DNA of 63,890 bases, counting the filler, from Octopus bimaculoides (lineage: Eukaryota), in NCBI RefSeq assembly GCF_001194135.2. It is 6 parts of 6 records of this genome, joined end to end, with 100 filler letters (N's around TTAATTAATTAA, not from the genome) between each part and the next. Parts side by side here need not be neighbours in the genome. Positions count along the whole stretch, not along the records: positions 41,885 to 54,322 come from NC_069005.1; positions 54,423 to 61,202 come from NC_069004.1; positions 61,303 to 63,890 come from NW_026328567.1; 3 more parts are not named here. One strand, 5' to 3'. The position numbers and the translations under genes are program-made. The number at the start of each line of letters is the position of its first letter. Positions within the stretch are counted from its first letter, which is position 1. Shown here piece by piece: positions 53,801 through 63,890 of this stretch. Below the pieces are notes generated by a model. It did no database searches. It was not told the origin of the DNA and saw only the letters and a list, made by a program, of their open reading frames with translations.

Positions 53801-54322
53801 AACTAACGAACGATCTACGTACGTAGATATGTACGTACGAACGAACCAACGATCGTGTGTGAGTACGTACCTAAGTACGTACGCACGAATAAACGAACGA
53901 ACGTACATACGTACGTACCTACGAACGAACGAACGAACTAACGAAAGAATGAACCAACGAATGAACAAACGAACGTACGTACGTTGGAACGAATGTGCGT
54001 ACGTACGAACGAATGAATGAACGAAAGATTGAACGAACGAAAGTACATATGTACGAACGAACGAACGTTCGTTCGTAAATACGTACGCACGAACGAGCGA
54101 ACTTACGTTCGAACGAACGAACGTACGTACGTACGTACGAATGAACGAACGAACGAACGACCGAACGATCGAAGGAACGAACGAAAGAACGAACGTACGT
54201 ACATACGTACGAACAATCGTACGTACGCATGAACAATCGAACGATCGAACGAACGAACGAACGATCTAACGAAGGAACGAAAGAACTAACGAAGGTACGT
54301 ACATACGTACGTACGAACGACC
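41885..54322. repeat. CpG-rich complex satellite of (CGTA)n and (CGAA)n with higher-order units
   Basis: Entire piece 4. Recurrent landmarks such as TACCTGCGTACCAACGTGTG (about 45000, 45550, 46283, 48193, 50811; reverse at about 42575 and 44110), GTAGATATGTACG and GAGTACGTACCTAA. Confidence 0.97.
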
Positions 54323-54422
54323 NNNNNNNNNNNNNNNNNNNNNNNNNNNNNNNNNNNNNNNNNNNNTTAATTAATTAANNNNNNNNNNNNNNNNNNNNNN
54401 NNNNNNNNNNNNNNNNNNNNNN
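54323..54422. other. Artificial concatenation spacer
   Basis: N44-TTAATTAATTAA(54367-54378)-N44. Confidence 0.95.
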
Positions 54423-54488
54423 TATATATATGCGTATGTATGTAAATTTACCTATATATATGTATATATATTTATACATATACATATA

Positions 54489-54531
<43 letters not shown>

Positions 54532-55110
54532 CGGGGGAAAGGAAAATGTAAACGTATATAGATGTGCGTCAGTGTGAGTGTATACATATGCATAAACGTA
54601 TATATGGACGAAAAAGAGGATGAAGGAAAAGGAAAAGAAACTAGAAGAACAACATCAACAAGAAGAAAGTATCGTATGCGTGTGTTTGCTCATGTATATG
54701 TACACGCATGCGTTCACTACGTAACAATAAGGCCACACAAGCAATATGCGAAAGCAGATCTAATGTTTATTACACATTAACAACACTAAAAATAAATTTA
54801 TGTCGCTTTGCAAAATAATAATATTGGTCTGTAACTATGAGACTACAATTTCGCAATTGATGAGACGTACTTCATACATCATAGTGTTGCCAAATCGTAA
54901 CCCGTATTACAAATTAGTAGAACGTCTGCTATAGATTTTGGCGATAAATCTATGAAGAACTCTAACAATCATGACAGAATTATGAATGAATATTTAATGT
55001 TTTTTTATGGTTAGATGTTGAGTGTTGGTTACGCTAGAACTTCAGAAATGTATGTTGTTATACATGAATAAAAGTTTTAATAAAATTTCAACAAAATCTC
55101 TCTCCGTCCC

Positions 55111-55197
<87 letters not shown>

Positions 55198-55773
55198 ATA
55201 TGTATATACGCTGTATGTATATGTATACGTATGCATACATATATATATATATATATATAATTAATAATATCAAGGGTAATAAGAAATATTAGAAATTTCT
55301 ACTACCAGTGGCCTAGCGTGTAAAAATTTAGTCAATAGACTATATATTATTCATATATATACAGTGTACATTTAAACACATAAGAGATATCCATCATAGG
55401 ATTCCTTGCACACTAGACAGAACAGCTATGTTTATTTTTAACTTGTTTCAGTTATTAAACTGCGGTCATGCTTGGGCACTGCCTTCAAGAGCTTTTAGAC
55501 TGATTTGGAACGTAGCTGTTCTTTCTACCCTGCAAGGAATCCTATGATGGATATCTCTTATGTGTTTAAACGTACACTGTATATATATGAATAATATATA
55601 GTCTATATATATATATCGCCTGTCAGTACAGAGACTTGTGCTTCTTTGCGTTTTGACGGTTTTTACCTCTTAATTCTTTCTAGCAATGTAAGTGCAACCC
55701 TGCACCGTCAATGACAATAAGTGACAAATAAATTCTTCCTTTTTGGTGTTATATTGATTATAACCACCTTCAT

Positions 55774-55845
<72 letters not shown>
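55774..55845 (+). repeat. (GATA)n microsatellite
   Basis: Pure tetranucleotide run. Many other (TA)n, (CA)n, (CT)n and (CATA)n runs occur throughout the window. Confidence 0.95.
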
Positions 55846-55846
<1 letters not shown>

Positions 55847-56253
55847 GCATACGACGGTGGTTTCGACACAGTTTCCTTCTACCAAATTCATTCGCGAGGC
55901 GTTGGTTCAGCCAAGGCTTTAGTAGGAGCCACTGCACCATAGTACCGAGAAAGCAGTGAAACGGAACTAGAATCCACGAGACTAAAAAGCGTGTTTCGTA
56001 AGCTCACAACCATACGCGTTGAAGACAGTTGGCAAAATGTTATAATTGAAGAGGTGACACAAACATAAATTTCAAAAAGCGTGAGAAAACCTCATATCTG
56101 ATGCAGTAACAATTTTTTATGTGAGAAGTTCTGCTGCTTTGGTAAGCAGACGCAGACGTTGCCTGTGTGGCAAGAAGTTTTCTTTTCCAGCCACATGGTT
56201 GAGGGTTCTGTTCCACAGCGTGGTACCTTGGGCAAGTGTCCACACAGCTACGC

Positions 56254-56290
<37 letters not shown>

Positions 56291-56632
56291 ACATGCATAT
56301 GTACGTATATACGACGGTTTCGACACACAGTTTCTGTCTACCAAATTCACTTGCGAGTCATTGGTTCAGTCAAGGCTTTAGTACGAGACACTCCACCATA
56401 GTGCGGTGAAGGCAGCGGGAATGAACCAGAAACCACATAACTACAAAGTGTGCTTCGTAACCACACAGCCATACGTGTTAAAGACAGTTAGCAAAATGTT
56501 ATAATTGAAGACGTAACACAAGCATAAATTTCAACAGCCGAAAGAAAACTTCATATCTGCAGGTTTAACAATCTTTTATGTGAGCATTTATTTCACAAGA
56601 AATTCTTGTTTATGGTGCTTTGGCAAACAGGT

Positions 56633-56799
56633 GCATGTGTGGCTGTGTGGTAAGTAGCTTGCTTCCCGACCACATGGCTCGAGGTTCAAGGTTTAGTCCC
56701 ACTGTGTGGCACCTTGGTCAAGTGTCCTCTGCTATAGCCTTGGGTCGACCAAAGCCTTCTCAGCAGATTTGGTAGACGGGAGCTGAGAGAAACAAGTTG

Positions 56800-56830
<31 letters not shown>

Positions 56831-57010
56831 GTGTGTGTATGTGTGTGTGCGTTTGTGTGTGTGTGCGTGTGTGTGCACATGCGTGTGTATCTGTGTATGT
56901 GTGTTTGTGTCTATGATTGTCCTGCGCCACCGCTTGATGACTGGTATGGGTGTGTTTGCATCTCTGTAACATAGCAGTTTGGCAAAAGCGTCCGATTGAA
57001 TAAGTATCAG
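56633..57010 (+). mobile_element. SINE family A copy with expanded internal microsatellite
   Basis: Head TGGCTGTGTGGTAAGTAGCTTGC, body homologous to 13107-13504. Confidence 0.75.
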
Positions 57011-57059
57011 ATGTATATACATATATATCTGTTCAATGAAAGATACATTTTATTGTGAA

Positions 57060-57625
57060 AAGAAAATGGAATCTGTGGCTTCAGACTTTTAAGCCATTTT
57101 ATTTCTTCGAAGGAGGGTTTGATGCAAAACGTCTAATCTCACCGGAAATACATCACAAATGTGTTTATTTATTAGAAATTGTATCATTTAAAAAACTTGG
57201 TCTGGTTAATAGCTAATTGGATTGAGAAATTTCTTTAGCAATCAGTCAGACGTATGAATCAGAATAATCCATATATGATTCCAGTATTTTTAACGATGCC
57301 ACATATCCCAAAGATCCATCTTGATAACATTGAAAATGGTGAGTTTTAATTCAATAGAAATAAATGACAGAAAAAATATATTCAAGATAAAGAACTTTAA
57401 ATTCGGGATATTCAGAAATTGTAAAAACGGTAAAAAGCGTAAGAAATCTCTTGCTGATACCAATCTTAGTATTCTAAAGACCATTTAATCGAATATTTTC
57501 ATAGTTCTTCGAAAAATATCTTATTAAATGGTTCCAAGATAGTCGCAATAAATTCTTGTTATAGCTCCCAATTTTCCTATAGACGCCTTTCTTTTAATTT
57601 GGAGAATATATATATATGCATATTC

Positions 57626-57663
<38 letters not shown>

Positions 57664-58000
57664 ACGTATATATGTACGTATACATATACTAATAAAACAG
57701 CTATTTGAGGAACCATTTAATAGCAGAACTGAAGGAAATAGCTAAAAACAAGTATTTCGTTTGAAAATGCATTTGAAAGCAGTTTCAAATTTCGATGATA
57801 AAGAAGACGACGTTCTTTATCTTGTGTTTTTGGAAACTACTATAATACCGAAGTTACATGTGGAGATTTTGGAATTAGTATTCACTGGGTGTGGGAGGGG
57901 GGTATTTTCATTGAAGAGATATTCTCATCGTTTTAAAGAAATAATGTAATTGATACCGAATTTAAAAGAAATCTTACAAAATGGCGAATGATACAGAAAG
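57060..58000 (+). mobile_element. Very decayed CR1/L2-like RT remnant, interrupted by a small TIR element
   Basis: IANWIEKFL, ATCCCAAAGATCCATCTTG (near PQGSILG with an indel) and LIPNLKE; weak similarity. Confidence 0.4.
57522..57722. mobile_element. Small TIR element with internal microsatellite
   Basis: TATTAAATGGTTCC ... GGAACCATTTAATA (14-bp perfect TIR, imperfect extension). Confidence 0.5.
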
Positions 58001-58689
58001 GAATTTAAATCATATGCATTCACGGTTGGTAATAACGGATATATAAGCTTTATATGAATCTAGTTACAGCATTAATATAACAAAATATCAATAATTTACT
58101 ATGTTTCTGTATATAACTTATCGTTATAACTTTACTATAGTATGATACTATGCTAGTCTCGTGGTTGGAAGATTTGGGTTCAAATCCTCTCTGTGTAATA
58201 ATAATGGTTTCAAATTTTAGCACAGGGCAAGGAGTTTTTTTACGGCGGGTTGGGTGAAATTCGATTACAACGACTCCATTGACCAACTAGTACTTATTTC
58301 ATCGACCCCGAAAAGATAAAAGATAGAGTCGACCTCGGCGGAATTTGAACTCAGAACGTAAAGTAAAAACAGTAGAAATGCCGCTAAGCATTTCGCTCGG
58401 CGTGCTAACGTCTCTGCCAGCCTGTCTCACATCTTCCTATAACAATAGCCAACTGCTCTATGAGGTTGCAATTTGAACTCAGGATGTAGGGAGCCGGAAT
58501 ATACATCGTAATATATTTCTGCCGACACGCCAACAATTCCGTCGTTCTCTCACTCGCAACATGAAATGAAGGGTTTTACTCTCGCCGCCCGATCCGGTAA
58601 TCTAATCCATGAATGATTTAGCAGCCAAATCACTAGGCCACACGGCATTACATTTGTGAATATATTATATATATATGTGTGTGTGTATA

Positions 58690-58713
58690 TACAGGTTTGG
58701 CCAAAAGTCACCC
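58690..58713 (+). mobile_element. Solo Tc1/mariner-like terminus
   Basis: TA|CAGGTTTGGCCAAAAGTCACCC; no partner TIR seen. Confidence 0.35.
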
Positions 58714-59424
58714 GACTCTAAATCAAAATTCCATAAATACTTAATATTCAATTTTATTTATTCATTCTAATTATGAATGTTTAATAATTGAATGCTATGA
58801 GTTAAAATCACTCCCCCCACACCGCCACAGCATTTATCTATTTATTAGCGAAGTCTCATATAAAATTATTTTGTGTTTTAATCTTGGAATTAAATGGGGT
58901 CTTGATTTACAGTCAGCATTTACGTTTTCAAAACGTATAAAATCATTTTTTTTTTTCCTTTCCTGCCAAAAGTATTTCATTTGAATATCTCTATATATTT
59001 TTCTATCCCAGTTTTCTATATTTTATCTTACGTCGCTTCTTATTTTTACAACTAAACATTGTATCAAAAAGTTCCTTCAGTTACGCAGTTTATTTTTATC
59101 TAATTCAACCGTGTTTTCATGAAAGAGCTGACATATTCTTCCTTGGGATTTTGTCCGATATAAAAACAAAATTTAAAAAAAAACTGTTTAAATCTGTTGT
59201 ATATTTTCCAACAGAAACCTGTGTGATTGTTGACAAACTGACGACAAGAATTGGTGTTGTCATGGTAACAGGTATTGCTAGTGGTGTGATTACATCATTG
59301 TTCCGAATATCGTTGCTACCATCATCAAGATAGCTGATTACATCCTGGTTTCTAATTAGTCGTTTTAGCTCTTGTTGCAGGTAGAGTGGTTATCTCTTAA
59401 ATAATCGCTGGCGAAGTAAAAGCT

Positions 59425-60200
59425 GCAGTTACTGTTACGATGAGATGGAGGGAGGAAGGGAAGGAGGAAGGGGTGAGTAAATAAGGGAGGGAGGGGGGAA
59501 AGGGGAATGAAAGAGAGAAGGGGTGAGTGAAGGAGGAAGGGAAAGGCTGAGACAGGGAGTGAGCGAATGAGGGAAAGAGTGAGAACGTGAGTCATGGAAT
59601 GTGTGAATGGAGGAATGAGTGAGAGCGTAAACCATGGAATGAGTGAAGGAAGGAATGAGCGAGATCGTAAGTCATAAAATGAGTGAAGGAAGGAATGAGT
59701 GAAGGAAGGAATGAGTGAAGGAAGGAATGAGTGAAGGAAGGAAGGAGTGAATGAAGGAATGAGTGAAGGGAGGAATGAGTGAAGGGAGGAAGGAGTGAAT
59801 GAAGGAAGGAGTGAAGGAAGGAATGAGTGAAGGGAGGAATGAGTGAAGGGAGGAATGAGTGAGAGCGTAAGTGACAGAGTAGGTGAATGAGTGACTTAGT
59901 AAGGAAAAGGGGGGAAAGAAAGAGGAATGGAGTGAATGAGTGAATGGGGAAGGAAGGAAGGAAGGAAGGAAGGAAGGAATGAAGGGAATAATGGAAAGAG
60001 GGACGAATGAATGTGGGAGGAAAGAAGTGAGTGATAGAATGAATGAAGAATGGCGTAGGAAGGGAGTGAATATGTGCGAGTTAAATGAGGGAATGAGTAA
60101 ATAAATGGTTGAGTGTGAGATGGGGACTGAATGAGTGAGAGAATGAGTTTGATGGGAGTGAATGCGTTAGTGAATGAGTGAGAGAGTGAGAAAGTGAGAG
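59425..60200 (+). repeat. Purine-strand-biased minisatellite (GAATGAGTGAAGGAAG-type 16-mer) and GA-rich tract
   Basis: Tandem 16-bp units at about 59630-59870; almost no C on the + strand; followed by (GGT/AGT)n at 60230-60365. Confidence 0.9.
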
Positions 60201-61202
60201 TGGGAGTGGCTGACATTAAGTGTGATGCTGGCGGTTGTGGTGGCGGTGGTGGTAGCCATGGTAGTGGTGATAGTGGTGGTAGTGGTGGTAGTGGTGGCGA
60301 TGGTAGTAGTAGTGGGGTGAGATGGGTGTTGTGGTAGTAGTGGTGGCGGTGGTGGTATTGGTGGTAGTAAGATCATTTGAAAAGGGCATCTTTACACTTG
60401 CTATTGGGTCCCTTGTATCTAGGATTCACGGCACCACACTAGGATATCTGAATGTTGGCCCCAAAAAACACTTGCTTACTTCGACTCCAGTACTTCACAT
60501 TCTTATCTTCGAGTCTGGGGATTCATAGGGCATAAACGACTGAGATCACAACGCTTCCCGCTGAGCAGGACACTAGTCCGTCCCCGGGTTACCTATTCAC
60601 GACTAAGAGGACTGAAATGAAGGGTTTTGCCAAATCACACGATGTATTGCTTGGTCTGGTCCGGAAATCAAAACCTTGATGTATGCCAAGCACCTTCATT
60701 TGTAGTCGACTAGAATATTTTATCAATACTTGGTAAAATATAATGAAAAGTAAAATTGACCTTGGTAGAGATCGAACTCAGAACGTAAAGAGTTACAACA
60801 AAAACAGCGTTAGCAACTCGGCCAATCCAATGACAATTCGGCTCTCTTCACTAACAGCTTGCACTCATTTTCTCAGCCTATCTCCTCGCTCAGTTTGTGC
60901 CGCTTAACAAATAGCTAAACTCGTGCAATGAAACACGTAAAATATGCACACATCTACACACACACTCACAGGTACACGTGTGCATGCTAAAGTACGTAGG
61001 TATGTAAGAAGGCGCATAACTTCACGCAAGTGTAATGCCAACATCTATAATTAGGTGCGTAAATACAATAACAATGACTCCATCTTTGCTATAGAATGGA
61101 AGAGGCATGCTCGAAAGATATATGGTGGCTTCTTTTGAATACACGTTACAATAGACATAATGTATATATATGTATGTACATATATATATATATATATATA
61201 TA

Positions 61203-61302
61203 NNNNNNNNNNNNNNNNNNNNNNNNNNNNNNNNNNNNNNNNNNNNTTAATTAATTAANNNNNNNNNNNNNNNNNNNNNNNNNNNNNNNNNNNNNNNNNN
61301 NN
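61203..61302. other. Artificial concatenation spacer
   Basis: N44-TTAATTAATTAA(61247-61258)-N44. Confidence 0.95.
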
Positions 61303-61923
61303 GTCTTCGCAAGCAGAGTTTAGTGTCCAATGAAGGAGAAGTTGGCATGGGTTCCAGTCATCGAATTTGGTTCGATTTCGATTCCAATTCACTTGCCTCA
61401 ACAGGTCTTTGCAAGCGGAGTTTAGTGACCAATGAAGTAAAGACACGAATAAGTGAGCTGGCTACACTTCTGGCAGAGGTCACAGATTATGCTCTCACTT
61501 GGCTTGCCAGGCCTTCTCATGTACTGCATATTTCCAAAGGACTTGGTTACTAGTCATTGCCTCGGTGGGGCCTAAAGTTCGAAGGTCGTGCTTCACCACC
61601 TCATCCCAGGTCTTCCTGGGTCTACCTCTTCCACATGTTCCCTCAACAGCTAGGGTGTGGTACATTTTCACACAGCTATCCTCATCCATTCTTGCCACAT
61701 GACCATACCAGCACAATCGTCTCTCTTGCACACCAAAACGGATGCTTATTAGGTCTAACTTTTCTCTCAAGGTACTTACACTCTGTCGAGTATGCACACT
61801 GACATTACACGTCCATCGGAGCATACTGGCTTCGTTTCTTGCGAGCTTACACATGTCCTCAGCAGTCACGGCCCATGTTTCACTGCCGTGTAGCATGGCG
61901 GTTCATACACATGCATCATAGGT

Positions 61924-61925
<2 letters not shown>
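61303..61925 (-). mobile_element. RTE-clade LINE 3' fragment (ORF2 end 61495-61896 plus different 3' UTR)
   Basis: MLHGSETWAVTAEDMCKLARNEASMLRW...ERRLCWYGHVARMDEDSCVK...GRGRPRKTW; 5' end abuts (TA)n; UTR has a roughly 33-bp duplication. Confidence 0.88.
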
Positions 61926-61957
<32 letters not shown>

Positions 61958-63124
61958 TATATAGTTGAAAAATATCATAGGTACAAAAAATACCATAAAC
62001 AATTATAGAAAAATGGAGGAGAAAAAGATGTTGAATCATTGTTTATGATTTTTTTATATCTATAACGATATTTTTCAATTACTANNNNNNNNNNNNNNNN
62101 NNNNNNNNNNNNNNNNNNNNNNNNNNNNNNNNNNNNNNNNNNNNNNNNNNNNNNNNNNNNNNNNNNNNNNNNNNNNNNNNNNNNNNNNNNNNNNNNNNNN
62201 NNNNNNNNNNNNNNNNNNNNNNNNNNNNNNNNNNNNNNNNNNNNNNNNNNNNNNNNNNNNNNNNNNNNNNNNNNNNNNNNNNNNNNNNNNNNNNNNNNNN
62301 NNNNNNNNNNNNNNNNNNNNNNNNNNNNNNNNNNNNNNNNNNNNNNNNNNNNNNNNNNNNNNNNNNNNNNNNNNNNNNNNNNNNNNNNNNNNNNNNNNNN
62401 NNNNNNNNNNNNNNNNNNNNNNNNNNNNNNNNNNNNNNNNNNNNNNNNNNNNNNNNNNNNNNNNNNNNNNNNNNNNNNNNNNNNNNNNNNNNNNNNNNNN
62501 NNNNNNNNNNNNNNNNNNNNNNNNNNNNNNNNNNNNNNNNNNNNNNNNNNNNNNNNNNNNNNNNNNNNNNNNNNNNNNNNNNNNNNNNNNNNNNNNNNNN
62601 NNNNNNNNNNNNNNNNNNNNNNNNNNNNNNNNNNNNNNNNNNNNNNNNNNNNNNNNNNNNNNNNNNNNNNNNNNNNNNNNNNNNNNNNNNNNNNNNNNNN
62701 NNNNNNNNNNNNNNNNNNNNNNNNNNNNNNNNNNNNNNNNNNNNNNNNNNNNNNNNNNNNNNNNNNNNNNNNNNNNNNNNNNNNNNNNNNNNNNNNNNNN
62801 NNNNNNNNNNNNNNNNNNNNNNNNNNNNNNNNNNNNNNNNNNNNNNNNNNNNNNNNNNNNNNNNNNNNNNNNNNNNNNNNNNNNNNNNNNNNNNNNNNNN
62901 NNNNNNNNNNNNNNNNNNNNNNNNNNNNNNNNNNNNNNNNNNNNNNNNNNNNNNNNNNNNNNNNNNNNNNNNNNNNNNNNNNNNNNNNNNNNNNNNNNNN
63001 NNNNNNNNNNNNNNNNNATACAGATATAGGGCAGGGAATTGCCAATTAGTAATAAAATTAATAATTAACAATTTTGCCAAGTAGTTCAGTATGAAAAAAA
63101 CCTTTATCGCTAAAACCATTTATA

Positions 63125-63539
63125 ATCATAAATATATAGGGCTTAACATGAGATGCTTCACCAACATACTGAAAATTTAGCAATAGCAGTCAAAGAATTA
63201 CTGATTCCAAACTACAAATTTTTCTCTAACGGATGGCGATATTTATGGCACACACAGAACAAAAACAGAAGAGAAAAGCAAAAACAAACCTGCCATTAGT
63301 TAACCATGTACGACGTTTCACGGTTAAGAGTGTAAAGCTACCCTACTCAGATCATCAGCATGGTGTTCGATAAATTTGAAAGTGTCTATATACTCATGTT
63401 TTTGTTCTGTGTGTGCCATAGATATCGCCATCCGTTAGAGAAAAATTTGGAGTTTGGAATCAGTAGTTCTTTGACTGCTATTCCTAAATTTTCAGTATGT
63501 TAGTGAAACATCTCATGCTAAGCCCTATATATTTATGAT
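63125..63539. mobile_element. MITE, 415 bp, with about 143-bp TIRs, TA-flanked
   Basis: 63125-63267 is the near-perfect reverse complement of 63397-63539, with a handful of substitutions. Confidence 0.88.
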
Positions 63540-63890
63540 ATATATATATATAGATAGATACATACATACATACATATATCATCATCATTTAAAATCTCTT
63601 TTCCATGCAGGCATGGGTCAAGCAGTTTGAGAAGAGCTGCAGAGCTGGTAAGCTGTGTCAGGCTCCAGTTTTCTGTTTTGGCTTGGATGCCCTTCCAATG
63701 GCCCAGTGGTCAGGGCAGTGGACTCGTGGTCAGAGGATCGTGGTTTTGATTCCCAGACCGGGCGTTGTGTCTGTTTTTTGAGTGAAAAGACCTAAAGCTG
63801 CACGAGGGTCCGGCAGGGCGTGGTGGCAACCCTTGTTGTACTGTTTCACCCCAACTGTCTCTTACTCTTTCTTCCCGTTTCTTGAGTAAC

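Noticed and set aside
41973-54236. Dozens of ORFs rich in RTYV, RSFV and RTNE
   Set aside because: Direct translations of stop-free tetramer repeats (CGTA, TTCG, CGAA); no protein-like complexity.
41885-54322. CRISPR-like array
   Set aside because: No constant repeat with unique spacers, no cas genes, eukaryotic context.
59215-59271. Possible 57-nt phase-1/1 exon (ETCVIVDKLTTRIGVVMVTG)
   Set aside because: Plausible AG/GT but no homology and no partner exons on this piece.
61975-63119. Long ORFs spanning N runs (also 4042-4750, 8639-9409, 27522-28328, 42945-43895)
   Set aside because: Length comes from N translated as X.

Overview
AT-rich, microsatellite- and transposon-dense animal DNA. 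The SINE/LINE/MITE families look like those I recall from octopus, so the organism is inferred, not verified. The window is not one locus: five identical 100-bp spacers (N44-TTAATTAATTAA-N44) join six pieces (1-26121, 26222-36351, 36452-41784, 41885-54322, 54423-61202, 61303-63890). The one recognisable gene is the 5' part of OGFOD3: three spliced exons at 11296-11408, 21928-22118 and 24598-24673 on the + strand, cut off at the end of piece 1. The rest is RTE and R4/Dong-like LINE remnants, tRNA-derived SINEs, TTAA- and TA-flanked MITEs, a mariner remnant and simple repeats. The most unusual features are a 12.4-kb CpG-saturated (CGTA)n/(CGAA)n higher-order satellite with an inversion bounded by self-complementary CGTA tracts, a CTCF-CTCF-KLF-YY1 motif cluster, a strand-specific structured-RNA candidate, locally templated insertions, and a conserved hairpin array in an RTE 3' UTR. 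Almost all ORFs in the supplied track are repeat or gap artefacts. No CRISPR array, rRNA or true tRNA was seen.
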